Origin: an uncultured Anaerolineaceae bacterium
GTDB taxonomy: Bacteria; Chloroflexota; Anaerolineae; Anaerolineales; E44-bin32
Reading direction: 5' to 3'
DNA length: 64,000 nucleotides
Assembly (NCBI GenBank): GCA_964388955.1
Contig: CAYMCO010000004.1
Span: forward strand, 2,487 to 66,486
The position numbers were made by a program, and so were the translations under genes. The stretch's first letter is position 1. Each line of letters begins with the position of its first letter. Shown here piece by piece: positions 27,222 through 36,052 of this stretch. The notes under the pieces are model-generated. The model was not told where the DNA came from and made no database searches. It saw only the letters and a program-made list of their open reading frames with translations.

Positions 27222-27728
27222 CCCTTTCTCGGCTCCGAATCCTGAGCTCTCGGCCGGTCTCGGCGAACTCGCCCTTTCCCCCAGGCTACGTCCCTAAGCG
27301 GCCCGGTGCTCCTTCCAGGTGTTGGGGGGATATCTCCTGCCAGCCGCCCTGCAACGAGAGCAGCAGGGGGCGATTTCTCCCCAGTGCCTCCCGGGATCCT
27401 CCGCGCAACGTGCGCAGCCTCAGGCCGATCAGACGAAACGTGTGAGTGTTGATCCCTTGTCTGGACGATACAGCCCCCGGGCGCTACAATAGCGTCGCAC
27501 TTTATTGTCAGCCCGAACCGGTTCTGATGGTAGGGGGACCATGTGACAGCTGGCAGGCCATGGCCCGTCATTGGCCTTCCCAGATGCCGACCGGTTGTCC
27601 TCTCGCCCGGTGGCTCGCAGCCGTCTCGGATCACGGACAAAAAACCGGTGTAGGGACGATCTCACTTGAGGTCGCCTCGCCGGTCACAGGGTAGAGTGCG
27701 AAACCTGCGATGATGGAGCGGAGCGTAT

Positions 27729-28256
27729 ATGCTTGATTTCCTGGCCATCCCCGTTTTCCTGTTCCCCTTCGTGATCTTCGGCCTGCGCGTGATTGACATG
27801 TCCCTGGACACCATCCGGGTGCTGTTTGTGATTCGTGGCCGCCGATCGCTGGCATGGCTGCTCGGGTTCTTCCAATCCGCGCTTTGGGTCGTCGCCATCA
27901 GCAGTGTGCTGACCAACCTCGGGAATCTATGGAACATCATCGGCTACGCCTCCGGTTTCGCAACCGGCAACGTGGTCGGGATGATGATCGAGGAGCGTTT
28001 GGCAATTGGCCATATGCATATGCGCATCATTAGTTCACGCAGGAGCAGCGCAATAGCAGAAGCCATTAGACAAGCGGGCTACGCCGCCACCGAGCTCGCC
28101 GGAAGAGGGAAGGATGGGACTGTAGGCGTGATCATCGCCAGCGTGCGCCGGCGGGATGTGGGGCGCGTGGAAGCGGAAGCCGAGCGCATCGACCCTGAGG
28201 CCTTCGTCAGCGTCGGCGACGTGCGGCCGCTGCATCGCGGCTACTGGCGCGGTTGA
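27729..28256 (+). CDS. UPF0316 family membrane protein (DUF2179-type C-terminal domain), paralog 1
   Basis: Three TM helices with RVIDMSLDTIRVLFV and GFATGNVVG, plus a soluble C-terminal domain. GGAGCGGAG lies upstream of the ATG. Confidence 0.7.
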   Translation: MLDFLAIPVFLFPFVIFGLRVIDMSLDTIRVLFVIRGRRSLAWLLGFFQSALWVVAISSVLTNLGNLWNIIGYASGFATGNVVGMMIEERLAIGHMHMRIISSRRSSAIAEAIRQAGYAATELAGRGKDGTVGVIIASVRRRDVGRVEAEAERIDPEAFVSVGDVRPLHRGYWRG

Positions 28257-28278
28257 GTGGTCCGAAGGTGAGTATCTC

Positions 28279-28830
28279 ATGCTGATGAAAACAATCCAAG
28301 CCCTGAGCGCCTCGTGGCTCCAAGCCCCCGTCTTGTACCTGTCGGCGGCAATCTTCCTGTTGCGCACCGTCGATGTCACCATCGCAACCTTGCGCATGTT
28401 CATGGTGGCACGGGGAAATCGCGCCGCGGCGTGGATCGCCGCCGCCCTTCAGTCATTGATATTCATCACCCTCATTTCGGGCCTGCTCTCCAACCTGCAG
28501 AACCCCCTCAACTTGATCGCCTTCGCCGCGGGCTTTGCCACTGGGAACGTGCTCGGAGTGACGATCGAATCGCGCCTGGCGCCAGGCCACAGCTTGATGC
28601 GCATTGTCAGTGCCAAACGTGGCAAAGCCATCGTCGAATCCCTACATCGTGAGCAACGCGGCGCCACAGAGATCCCGGCCGCAGGCATGTCCGGCATGGT
28701 GAGCTTGATCCTCTCCTTCATCCCCCGGAGGGAGGTCAAAGGGGCGGCAGAAAGCATCATTGACTTGGATCCGGAGGCCTATATTTCGGCGGAGAATGTG
28801 CGTCTGCTCGGCGGCGGTTGGCGTCCTTGA
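28279..28830 (+). CDS. UPF0316 family membrane protein, paralog 2
   Basis: Same architecture as paralog 1 (RTVDVTIATLRMFMV, GFATGNVLG). ATG 28279 chosen within ORF 28156-28830. Confidence 0.7.
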   Translation: MLMKTIQALSASWLQAPVLYLSAAIFLLRTVDVTIATLRMFMVARGNRAAAWIAAALQSLIFITLISGLLSNLQNPLNLIAFAAGFATGNVLGVTIESRLAPGHSLMRIVSAKRGKAIVESLHREQRGATEIPAAGMSGMVSLILSFIPRREVKGAAESIIDLDPEAYISAENVRLLGGGWRP

Positions 28831-28984
28831 AATACCGCTTGGCTCCGCTGGCGGAGGATTCCAGGGAAAGCTCCCCCTGGGTACTAGGAAGAATCTCAGG
28901 TTTGCACCCCCCCCTCCTTTATGGTTATAATCCTCCCACTTGGCAAGACACGCTCCTATCTAGGCCTATGCGAATGAGGCCCAA

Positions 28985-29800
28985 ATGGCATTAAAGGGCC
29001 GTCTGCGCGACTTCAGCGTTGCGCAACTTCTTAACCTGATCAATCTGGCAAAGAAATCTGGGACGCTCACGCTCGAGGCCCCGGACGAGGTGGCATGGGT
29101 TTCGTTCACCAGAGGCCGGTTGAACTACGCTCAGTTGGTGAATGAGGATGGCACCCTGACGGGAATCCTCACCCGCAACGGACGGCTGAACTCGCGCCAA
29201 GCCAAACTCATTAAGTCGCGCGCAAAGAATATGCAGGACAAGGAGTTGGGGCTTCTGCTCATCAACTCCGGCTATCTCACTCAGCAGCAAATCCTCGACA
29301 GCATCCGCAAATACGTACTGGACATCGTCTACCAGCTATTCACCTGGACCGATGGCTATTTCCGCTTTGATCCCGAACTCCTGGCGCCACAGGACCGTAT
29401 CACGCTGCGCATGGAGCTGGAGAACGTGATCATCGAGGGATCGCGCCATGTGCGCGAGGCCGAGCAGCTGCAGGAGGAGATGCCCAATCTGGATATGGCG
29501 CTGAATTTCGTCGAGCGAGCTGGTGCAAACATCAAAGACATCAGTCTCAACGCCACCGAGTGGAAGGTGGTCAACTACATCAATCCAAAGAATTCCGTCC
29601 GCCAGATCGCCAAGGCCTTGAAGATGAGCGATTTCGAGATCCGGCATGTGGTCTTCGGTTTGCTGCAAGCCGGCCTTGTGGAAATCGTCCGGCCCGAGGG
29701 CATGCCGCTTCCCCCGCAAGCTCGGCGCATCAAACCCGTCGACAAGGAACGTCAAGTTTCGCTGGTCAACCGCTTGATGCAGCGCATTCGTTCGCTCTAG
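28985..29800 (+). CDS. DUF4388 domain protein
   Basis: N-terminal LKGRLRDFSVAQLLNLINLAKKSGTLTL signature of DUF4388. TATAAT at 28926-28931 lies upstream. Confidence 0.65.
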   Translation: MALKGRLRDFSVAQLLNLINLAKKSGTLTLEAPDEVAWVSFTRGRLNYAQLVNEDGTLTGILTRNGRLNSRQAKLIKSRAKNMQDKELGLLLINSGYLTQQQILDSIRKYVLDIVYQLFTWTDGYFRFDPELLAPQDRITLRMELENVIIEGSRHVREAEQLQEEMPNLDMALNFVERAGANIKDISLNATEWKVVNYINPKNSVRQIAKALKMSDFEIRHVVFGLLQAGLVEIVRPEGMPLPPQARRIKPVDKERQVSLVNRLMQRIRSL

Positions 29801-29813
29801 CTGAGGAACTGCC

Positions 29814-30365
29814 ATGCAGACCGTGAAAATGGTGGTCACCGGGCCCTTCAATTCCGGAAAGACCTCCTTCATCCGCTCCGTGAGCGAGATCGATGTGGTC
29901 TCCACAGAACGCAAGATCACCACGGAAGCAGAGCGGGTCAAAGCCACCACCACCGTCGCCATGGATTTTGGACGCATCACGGTGGATGATGAATTGGTGC
30001 TGTACTTGTTCGGCACGCCGGGCCAGAAGCGATTTGACTTCATGTGGGAGATCCTGTCCGAAGGCATGCTCGGTTTTATCGTTATGGTGGACAGCGCCCG
30101 GCCGGAAACCTTTCGAGAAGCAAAGGGCATCCTGCATACGTTCCGCGCCTATGCCCCCACCCCTTATGTGGTCGCCGCAAACAAGCAGGACCTGGACGAC
30201 GCGTGGAAGGTCAATGACCTGCGGATCGCACTCAAGCTCAGCAACGATATCAAGATGCTCCCCTGCGTCGCGAGTGACCGGGAGTCCGTGAAGAGCGTCC
30301 TGCTCCAATTGCTATACAGCATCTTGGAAGAGATGGGCGTGGAGGCGAAACAAGGCCGCAGCTAG
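29814..30365 (+). CDS. small Ras-superfamily GTPase (CvnD/MglA-like, COG2229-type)
   Basis: G1 GPFNSGKTS, G3 FGTPGQ and G4 NKQD. 183 aa. Lies 13 nt downstream of the DUF4388 gene. Confidence 0.8.
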   Translation: MQTVKMVVTGPFNSGKTSFIRSVSEIDVVSTERKITTEAERVKATTTVAMDFGRITVDDELVLYLFGTPGQKRFDFMWEILSEGMLGFIVMVDSARPETFREAKGILHTFRAYAPTPYVVAANKQDLDDAWKVNDLRIALKLSNDIKMLPCVASDRESVKSVLLQLLYSILEEMGVEAKQGRS

Positions 30366-30486
30366 ACCCCGGCCCGACTCCTATCGAGACCTCCGCGAGG
30401 CAACCTTCACTGAGGCGCAACTTTCGCTCGGCACAGCGCATTCAAAGGCAGCATCTCTCATTCTTGACCAGCATAGGAGGAGACCC

Positions 30487-30744
30487 ATGGGAAGTCAGAT
30501 CGCCGGCTGGATTCTGTTTGTATTGGGACTTGTGTTGTATGCCGTCGCCATCTGGGGCCGGGTGAGCGAACTGTTCTCCCCCAAGCGCGTTGCTGCCGAC
30601 CTGGCATCTATCGAAGATAGCGCGGAAGCCATCGCCAAACTGGCTGAGGCGTTGTCAAAATTCTCACAGGACATTCAGTTCGCGATTCTAGGCTCCGGCT
30701 GCCTGGCAGCGGGTCTCTATCTGCTTGCAACCCGCCCCTTCTGA
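30487..30744 (+). CDS. small hypothetical membrane protein (2 TM)
   Basis: AGGAGG lies upstream of the ATG. Hydrophobic N- and C-terminal helices flank an amphipathic middle segment. Confidence 0.5.
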   Translation: MGSQIAGWILFVLGLVLYAVAIWGRVSELFSPKRVAADLASIEDSAEAIAKLAEALSKFSQDIQFAILGSGCLAAGLYLLATRPF

Positions 30745-30848
30745 GCGCAGGACGCCAGATATGCCGATAGCAGCTCTTGATTTGCGGGTCTACCCCCGAG
30801 AAATCGGGCACGCGCAAGCGCGCAACTTTGGGTAGACTTTGAGCGTTA

Positions 30849-31397
30849 ATGGCCACTCCATATCGGAGGGTCGATTCGATGCCAAAACACTTCATTCGCC
30901 ACACAAAGCGGGCCATGAGCGAAGAGATCACGATCCACAAGATGGATCACAACGGAGAGGAGTTGCTCGCCTACGTCGGCAACCTGCTCGAGCTGACTCC
31001 AAACTCGATTACCATCGAGGCTCGCTTCCAGCGCGACGATGTGGAGGTGGGGGGTCTGCAGATCCAGCGCGGGGACCGCTTCGTGGAGCACTTCTACACT
31101 GATCATTGGTACAACATCTTTTCTGTCTATGACGAGAGAACGGACCTGCTGAAGGGATGGTACTGCAATATCACCCGGCCGGCTCGCATTGAGCCGGCCC
31201 ATGTCTACGCCGATGACCTGGCGCTGGACGTGATCGTGTTTCCCGATGGCCGCTGGCTGGTGACGGATGAAGAGGAATTTGCCGACCTGGATCTGAACCT
31301 ATCCGAGCGGCGGAACGCGCTCCAAGCGGTCACCGAGCTTCAGGCCATGGTGATACGGAGGCAGGGGGTGTTCTCAACGATCTCCTTACACGGCTGA
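30849..31397 (+). CDS. DUF402 domain protein (FomD/nucleoside-diphosphatase-like)
   Basis: DHWYNIFSVYD, GWYCNITRPA and DLALDV patterns. Start uncertain (30849, 30879 or 30915). Confidence 0.7.
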   Translation: MATPYRRVDSMPKHFIRHTKRAMSEEITIHKMDHNGEELLAYVGNLLELTPNSITIEARFQRDDVEVGGLQIQRGDRFVEHFYTDHWYNIFSVYDERTDLLKGWYCNITRPARIEPAHVYADDLALDVIVFPDGRWLVTDEEEFADLDLNLSERRNALQAVTELQAMVIRRQGVFSTISLHG

Positions 31398-31805
31398 CGG
31401 GAGCGGCCACCATCCCCTATCGGCTGCCCGTCAACCACCAGCGGCTCGCCACAGGTCTGGTAGAGCACGCCAGGATTCTTCCCAATTCTGGCGTCCCTCG
31501 CTGCCCCGAGCCTCCCGGTCACCCCCCTTCCCGAGACACCGTCAGAGGAGTCATCGACGGCTCGATTCCAGGGCGGGTACGGCGTTGGGAACGTCAGAGC
31601 ATAGGCGCCAGAGGCAGGATCAGCCCCAATTCGCCCTTGATTACGGGGAACGCCAGGCAGAAGGGGATCAGCAGGAGCACGCCGATGTGGAACAATCGCG
31701 ACCCGTTTCTCCTGCCGTGGCCGGAGTGATGGGCCGGGTTCCAGAACCACCTTGCAGCGGGGACCCGCCGTGGGTCAAGTGGATGGACGCTCCGCGGTTG
31801 AGCGA

Positions 31806-32648
31806 TTAGAGAGTGAACCCACTCCATGTCCCGGTCAGCAGGTAGCGAATCAGATCCACCAATCCGATTTGCAGGAATGCGAGCGCGACCCCTGCGAGCA
31901 CCGCAGGCAGCATCCCCACCCAGCGGCCGGGGGCGTTCTGCCAGCCCGTCGCCATAACGAACAAGGTGGTATACAGCATGCCAAGCATGAGGATCACCCC
32001 CATGCTGCTGATCAGCGCCAGCGGATAAAGGATCAGGGGGTTCCCGGTCAAGACCAGCAGTATCAGGGCCAACGCCCCTGCGGACAACAGGCCGAGATCC
32101 CGCCAGGATCGCAGCGACGCTTGTCGCCCCCAATCGCTCCAGAGCACCTGATTCATAGTGGGGGCAACCGCATTCACCAGCGCCAAGCCCGCGAATGTGC
32201 CTGTGACCAACCTCAGGATGTTCGATGGGGGATAGACATGCGGAGCCGCCGGAAAGAAATGCAGATAACTGTTCAACCCGTCCCCCGCATACAGCAATCC
32301 AAAAATAGCCAGCGGAATCCACAACCGACGGGGAGGGTTCAGGCCAAACTTCAGGCGCCCCGATAGTGCGAAGAAGGCAAACGTCAGCATGACGCCGAGA
32401 TACAAGCCGGTGCACCTGGCGCACAGTGGAAGCGGGCGATCCCCGAGGTGGAACGAGCGCAGCTCTATGCGATGGCAAACCGCGTATGCCACTGCGTCCG
32501 CCTTGCCCAACAGACCGCCCGGCGTGTTGAGGGCCCATACGCCGACCACCACTCCAGCAACCAGCAATGCCGCCAGCCGTACGGCGTACCCACTCGAGGT
32601 CCCGTTTGCGGAGGGTACGGTTTCTTGGGATTGCGTCATGGAGCCCAT
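31806..32648 (-). CDS. DUF2085 family membrane protein
   Basis: AVCHRIELRSFHLGDRPLPLCARCTGLYLG plus several TM helices. Start trimmed to ATG 32648 (or 32639) because 32738 would overlap the tRNA promoter and gene. Confidence 0.7.
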   Translation of the reverse strand: MGSMTQSQETVPSANGTSSGYAVRLAALLVAGVVVGVWALNTPGGLLGKADAVAYAVCHRIELRSFHLGDRPLPLCARCTGLYLGVMLTFAFFALSGRLKFGLNPPRRLWIPLAIFGLLYAGDGLNSYLHFFPAAPHVYPPSNILRLVTGTFAGLALVNAVAPTMNQVLWSDWGRQASLRSWRDLGLLSAGALALILLVLTGNPLILYPLALISSMGVILMLGMLYTTLFVMATGWQNAPGRWVGMLPAVLAGVALAFLQIGLVDLIRYLLTGTWSGFTL

Positions 32649-32684
32649 TATAGCGCGGCATGAGGGGCGCAAATCGCGCCCGGC

Positions 32685-32713
32685 TTGACGGTCCCTAAGG
32701 GGCAAATTATAAT
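32685..32713 (+). promoter_or_regulatory. near-consensus sigma70 promoter for tRNA-Asn
   Basis: TTGACG (32685-32690), a 17-nt spacer, then TATAAT (32708-32713). The tRNA 5' end is 10 nt downstream. Confidence 0.55.
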
Positions 32714-32723
32714 CTTGCCGCCT

Positions 32724-32798
32724 TCCTCGGTAGCTCAACGGCAGAGCGGGCGGCTGTTAACCGCTAGGTTGCAGGTTCGAATCCTGCCCGAGGAGCCA
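32724..32798 (+). tRNA. tRNA-Asn: tRNA-Asn (anticodon GTT), CCA encoded
   Basis: Manual cloverleaf. Acceptor TCCTCGG/CCGAGGA, D arm GCTC-AACGGCA-GAGC, anticodon arm GGCGG-CTGTTAA-CCGCT, variable AGGTT, T arm GCAGG-TTCGAAT-CCTGC, discriminator G, then CCA. Confidence 0.9.
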
Positions 32799-32818
32799 TA
32801 TCTGGGGGTCACTCCACC

Positions 32819-32845
32819 AAATAACCCCACATATAGGGGTTATTT
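32819..32845 (+). terminator. hairpin between tRNA-Asn and the integrase gene (terminator candidate)
   Basis: Perfect 10-bp stem AAATAACCCC / GGGGTTATTT with a 7-nt loop. The T-rich 3' arm is followed by GTCGTT. Confidence 0.5.
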
Positions 32846-32849
32846 GTCG

Positions 32850-34019
32850 TTAACCGACATGCATGGGTGCAAATGGGGTGCAACGGGCATCCAGGGGAGA
32901 CAGTAGATCATCCATTAACTCCGCCGCTTCTTCCTGCTTGCTCGGGATCAGGTGCCCATACACATCGAGGGTGATGCTGGGTCTGGAGTGGCCCAGCCGC
33001 TGGGACACGATCAGCAGCGGGATCCCGTGGTTCAGCATCAACGATGCCGCCGTGTGCCTGAGATCGTGGAAGCGGATCTTCGGAAGCCCGGAAGCCACAA
33101 GCACCTTTCGAAACCCCCTGCGCAGATTGCTGTTCAAGATCGGCGTGCCCACACGAGTCGGAAATACCAGGTCGTGATCAGCCCAGGCTTCACCCGCCGT
33201 CTTTCTTTTCTCAAGCGCCGTCATCTGTTGCATCCTGAGTATCTCCAGCGCCTTCTGCCCCAGGGTGATCGTGCGATTGCCCCGCTTGGACTTCGGTTTC
33301 GAAAATCGATATCCCCCTCCCCTGGGCCTAGTCACCTGCCGGCGGACTTTCAACCGGTCCCTGCGCCAATCGATGTCCACCCATTTCAGACCAATGAGCT
33401 CACCCTGGCGCATGCCGGTGTGGATGGCCAGGTAGTACAGGGGATAGTACTGGTCCTGCAGGGCCAGGGCAGTGTCGAGGAACACCTGGATCTGACCCTC
33501 GTCATAGATCCGCATCTCTGTTTGTTTGGGCTTTGGGGGTGTAGTCGCTTTGCAGGGGTTGCGAGCGAGCGTCCCCAGCTTCATAGCATGGCCCAGGGCG
33601 GAATTCAGGACTTTGTGGGCGCAATGAACCGCATGGGCGCTGAGCCCGTCCCTTTTCAAGGTGGCGTAGTAGCTCTGGATCCGGTCGGGCTTGAGGTCCT
33701 TCAGCTTCACTCTGCCCAGATATGGCAGGATTCGCTTCGTGATGATCCACTCATACAGCTCATTTGTGCGCTGCGCTCTGGATGAGCCCAAGGAGACCAG
33801 CCAATCTGACAAGAAATCGGCCAGCGGCATTTCGGCTCCATCAAAGTCGTATCCCTGGTCGGCCAGATTGCGGATGTCCTTGAGCCATTCCTGGCACTCT
33901 TCCTGCGTATCGCCGGTGAAGCTTCTCCGCTTGCCATCGATGGTAATCTGAGCCCGCCAGTTCCCTCGGTCAACCCGTTTGTAGATGCAGCCCTCATGGT
34001 TCGCGCGTCGTTTCGCCAT
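32850..34019 (-). CDS. tyrosine-type site-specific integrase (phage integrase family)
   Basis: N-terminal arm/SAM-like region. Catalytic region with HTGMRQGEL, HDLRHTAAS and LGHSRPSITLDVYGHL (catalytic Tyr). Lies immediately 3' of the tRNA-Asn gene. Confidence 0.9.
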   Translation of the reverse strand: MAKRRANHEGCIYKRVDRGNWRAQITIDGKRRSFTGDTQEECQEWLKDIRNLADQGYDFDGAEMPLADFLSDWLVSLGSSRAQRTNELYEWIITKRILPYLGRVKLKDLKPDRIQSYYATLKRDGLSAHAVHCAHKVLNSALGHAMKLGTLARNPCKATTPPKPKQTEMRIYDEGQIQVFLDTALALQDQYYPLYYLAIHTGMRQGELIGLKWVDIDWRRDRLKVRRQVTRPRGGGYRFSKPKSKRGNRTITLGQKALEILRMQQMTALEKRKTAGEAWADHDLVFPTRVGTPILNSNLRRGFRKVLVASGLPKIRFHDLRHTAASLMLNHGIPLLIVSQRLGHSRPSITLDVYGHLIPSKQEEAAELMDDLLSPLDARCTPFAPMHVG

Positions 34020-34208
34020 TTCCTCACTTCTCCTTTCGAAAAGGAGACTTGAGGAAAGGCGGCTCTTCGGCCGTTCTGCCTTCAGTTGTTAAAGTGCACA
34101 GACTGCTCGAGATTGTATCAGCGAGCGGGTGATAATGGAGTCGATCGGATGGAGACATGCTGGCCAAGTTCAACGCGATATTTCCGACACTGGCCAGCGT
34201 GTCACAGC

Positions 34209-34448
34209 TCAGATATTGCCAACGCCCTCCCTTCTCGCGAGCACGAAGCGTTTGAGATCCTCAGGCCGGATTCGGACCGAGCGCCCGATGCGCACGCTGG
34301 GCAGATCGCCCCGCTGCAGCAGCAGGTAGGCTGTCGAGAGCCCGATGCTGAGCTTCTCGGCCACTTCGTCCGCGGTGAGCAACCTATCACGGATGCTCGT
34401 CTCAAGTTGGCTTCCATACCCCGGCACGCTCATGAATGCGCCTCCCAC
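34209..34448 (-). CDS. excisionase/MerR-type helix-turn-helix DNA-binding protein
   Basis: LLTADEVAEKLSIGLSTAYLLLQRGDLPSVRIGRSVRIRPEDL. Lies upstream of and co-oriented with the integrase. ATG 34433 is an alternative start. Confidence 0.65.
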   Translation of the reverse strand: MGGAFMSVPGYGSQLETSIRDRLLTADEVAEKLSIGLSTAYLLLQRGDLPSVRIGRSVRIRPEDLKRFVLARREGVGNI

Positions 34449-35695
34449 TGATCCTAAGATGGCATTTTCTGCTCAATATGACATCTCCAGTCTAGGCGCA
34501 TGCACCCTCATCATACGTCAGGGGAACGTGATGGCAGGGTTATCTGAGTGCTATGATAGGGAGCGAACAAAGCCGCATCCAAGATAGAAAGCACTCCAGA
34601 CAATCCCGATCAGCGGGGGTCACTAGGCTCGGCGTCTTCCCCCAACCGATCCTACCCGGGCCTCACTCTGGCGCAATGGAGAGATGCCATCGGGCATGCG
34701 CCTGACTTCATCCTCCGGGGCTGTGTTCTTGGAAGAAGCTACAGGGATCGATCCACTTCAGTCCCGCCATCTCCTCATAGTCGCTCTCAGCGGATATATG
34801 GTATCCAGCCCTCGTTTGGACGTGACGGCCGCGCGCACGCAGCCGCGGACTGGCGATCCTTGCTGGCTGAATTACTCGAGCGGAGGTCTCTGCCAAGTCT
34901 CGCCCATGATCCTCCGCCTTCATCTGTTTCCAGTCAGCCAATAGGCCGCGGTGTGACACAAACTCGTGTTGCACATTGCCACCATTCGACCGAAAACGCT
35001 TCCAACTCCGCTCGCTCAGAAGCATCACGGACAAGCTCCCTCACGATGGTGTAGCCGAATGAACGATGCGGTGAGCCTCACCGTACTGTTTCTTAGCTAC
35101 GTCGACCTGAAGACGGCCTGTGGGCGTGGCCATTGGTCACAGATGGCAGTGTTTCAAGAAGGAACTAATGCGCCTGATGATGTCTAAAGCTGCGGTGCCG
35201 GTCGTGGCCTAGCCTAACCTGCGAATCGGCAAATGCGCGAAGATAGGGTCTCCGAGGCGGCGTCACTATATCATTCCGTGTTTATTTCCACTAGATAGGA
35301 TTGGAGGCACGCATATGTTAAGGGGGCCCCCTCATTCGAATAGCACCATTGGGCCGCCCCTTTTTCTCTTGGCGGATTGTCCACTATATTGGGGAGAATT
35401 CAGCTGAGTTTCGGAGATTTGGCGATAACCTATTCAGCGTAACAAAGGACACACTGAACTTGAATGAATTGAGCCTCGTTTCGCTATCTGGTGGCATTCC
35501 TTGCACAGGCAAGGAACAGGACGAAAGCAGCCTCTACATCTTCTCGCCCCGCGTATATGGCGCCCAAATCCTCCATTCAGCATTGATTGTCCGAAGTTAT
35601 GTTGGAATCTTAGAGAAAGCTGAACTGTTGTAGGTCAATGACAATGCCGCCCGAATAGTTCTGCCCGCCCTGGCAGTCGGGCCAGGGAGAAAACG

Positions 35696-36031
35696 TCACC
35701 CCCTGAATGTGTTCGACCTGGACTGGACGATGAACGGTTTTCGCCAGGGATGATCCGGAGGTGGCTTGTAGGGTCGACGTGTGGCGCTTCGCTGGCGCGT
35801 CTGTTTGGGCGGTTTGTTTGCTGCCTTGACGGGTTGGGGGTCGGCTGGCGTCAACTTGCCCACGGCTGGCGGCCCGGCGAGCAGAGGTTTGAAGCGAGCT
35901 ACAGGCTTTCCCTGAAAGCAAACCAGAAGCTGACCATTGAGCAGCTGGCGAATTTCGACCCAAATTCGCGCGCCATATCCCCCTGAAATCTCGATAGAGC
36001 TCCAGCCACCATTCTTTCGGTCGGGCAGCAT
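35696..36031 (-). pseudogene. C-terminal remnant of an rve/ISNCY-like transposase
   Basis: SIEISGGYGARIWVEIRQLLNGQLLVCFQGKPVARF...PPPDHPWRKP resembles the C-terminal beta-barrel and tail of integrase-core transposases. The N-terminal catalytic part is absent because the SDR gene abuts at 36053. Confidence 0.4.
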
Positions 36032-36052
36032 CGAAATCTTGGACCTTGCGAG

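Noticed and set aside
27505-27560. Possible c-di-AMP (ydaO/kimA-type) riboswitch in the UPF0316 leader, suggested by GCCCGAACCGG, GGGGGACCA and GACAGCUGG
   Set aside because: Only short fragments resemble the consensus as I remember it. Their order and spacing do not fit the pseudo-two-fold ydaO architecture, and such GC-rich strings can arise by chance. An Infernal scan with RF00379 would settle it.
31594-31695. 33-aa hydrophobic ORF (TTG start; MFHIGVLLLIPFCLAFPVIKGELGLILPLAPML) in the 408-nt convergent gap after the DUF2085 gene
   Set aside because: It has a non-ATG start, no Shine-Dalgarno and no comparative evidence. It cannot be supported from sequence alone.
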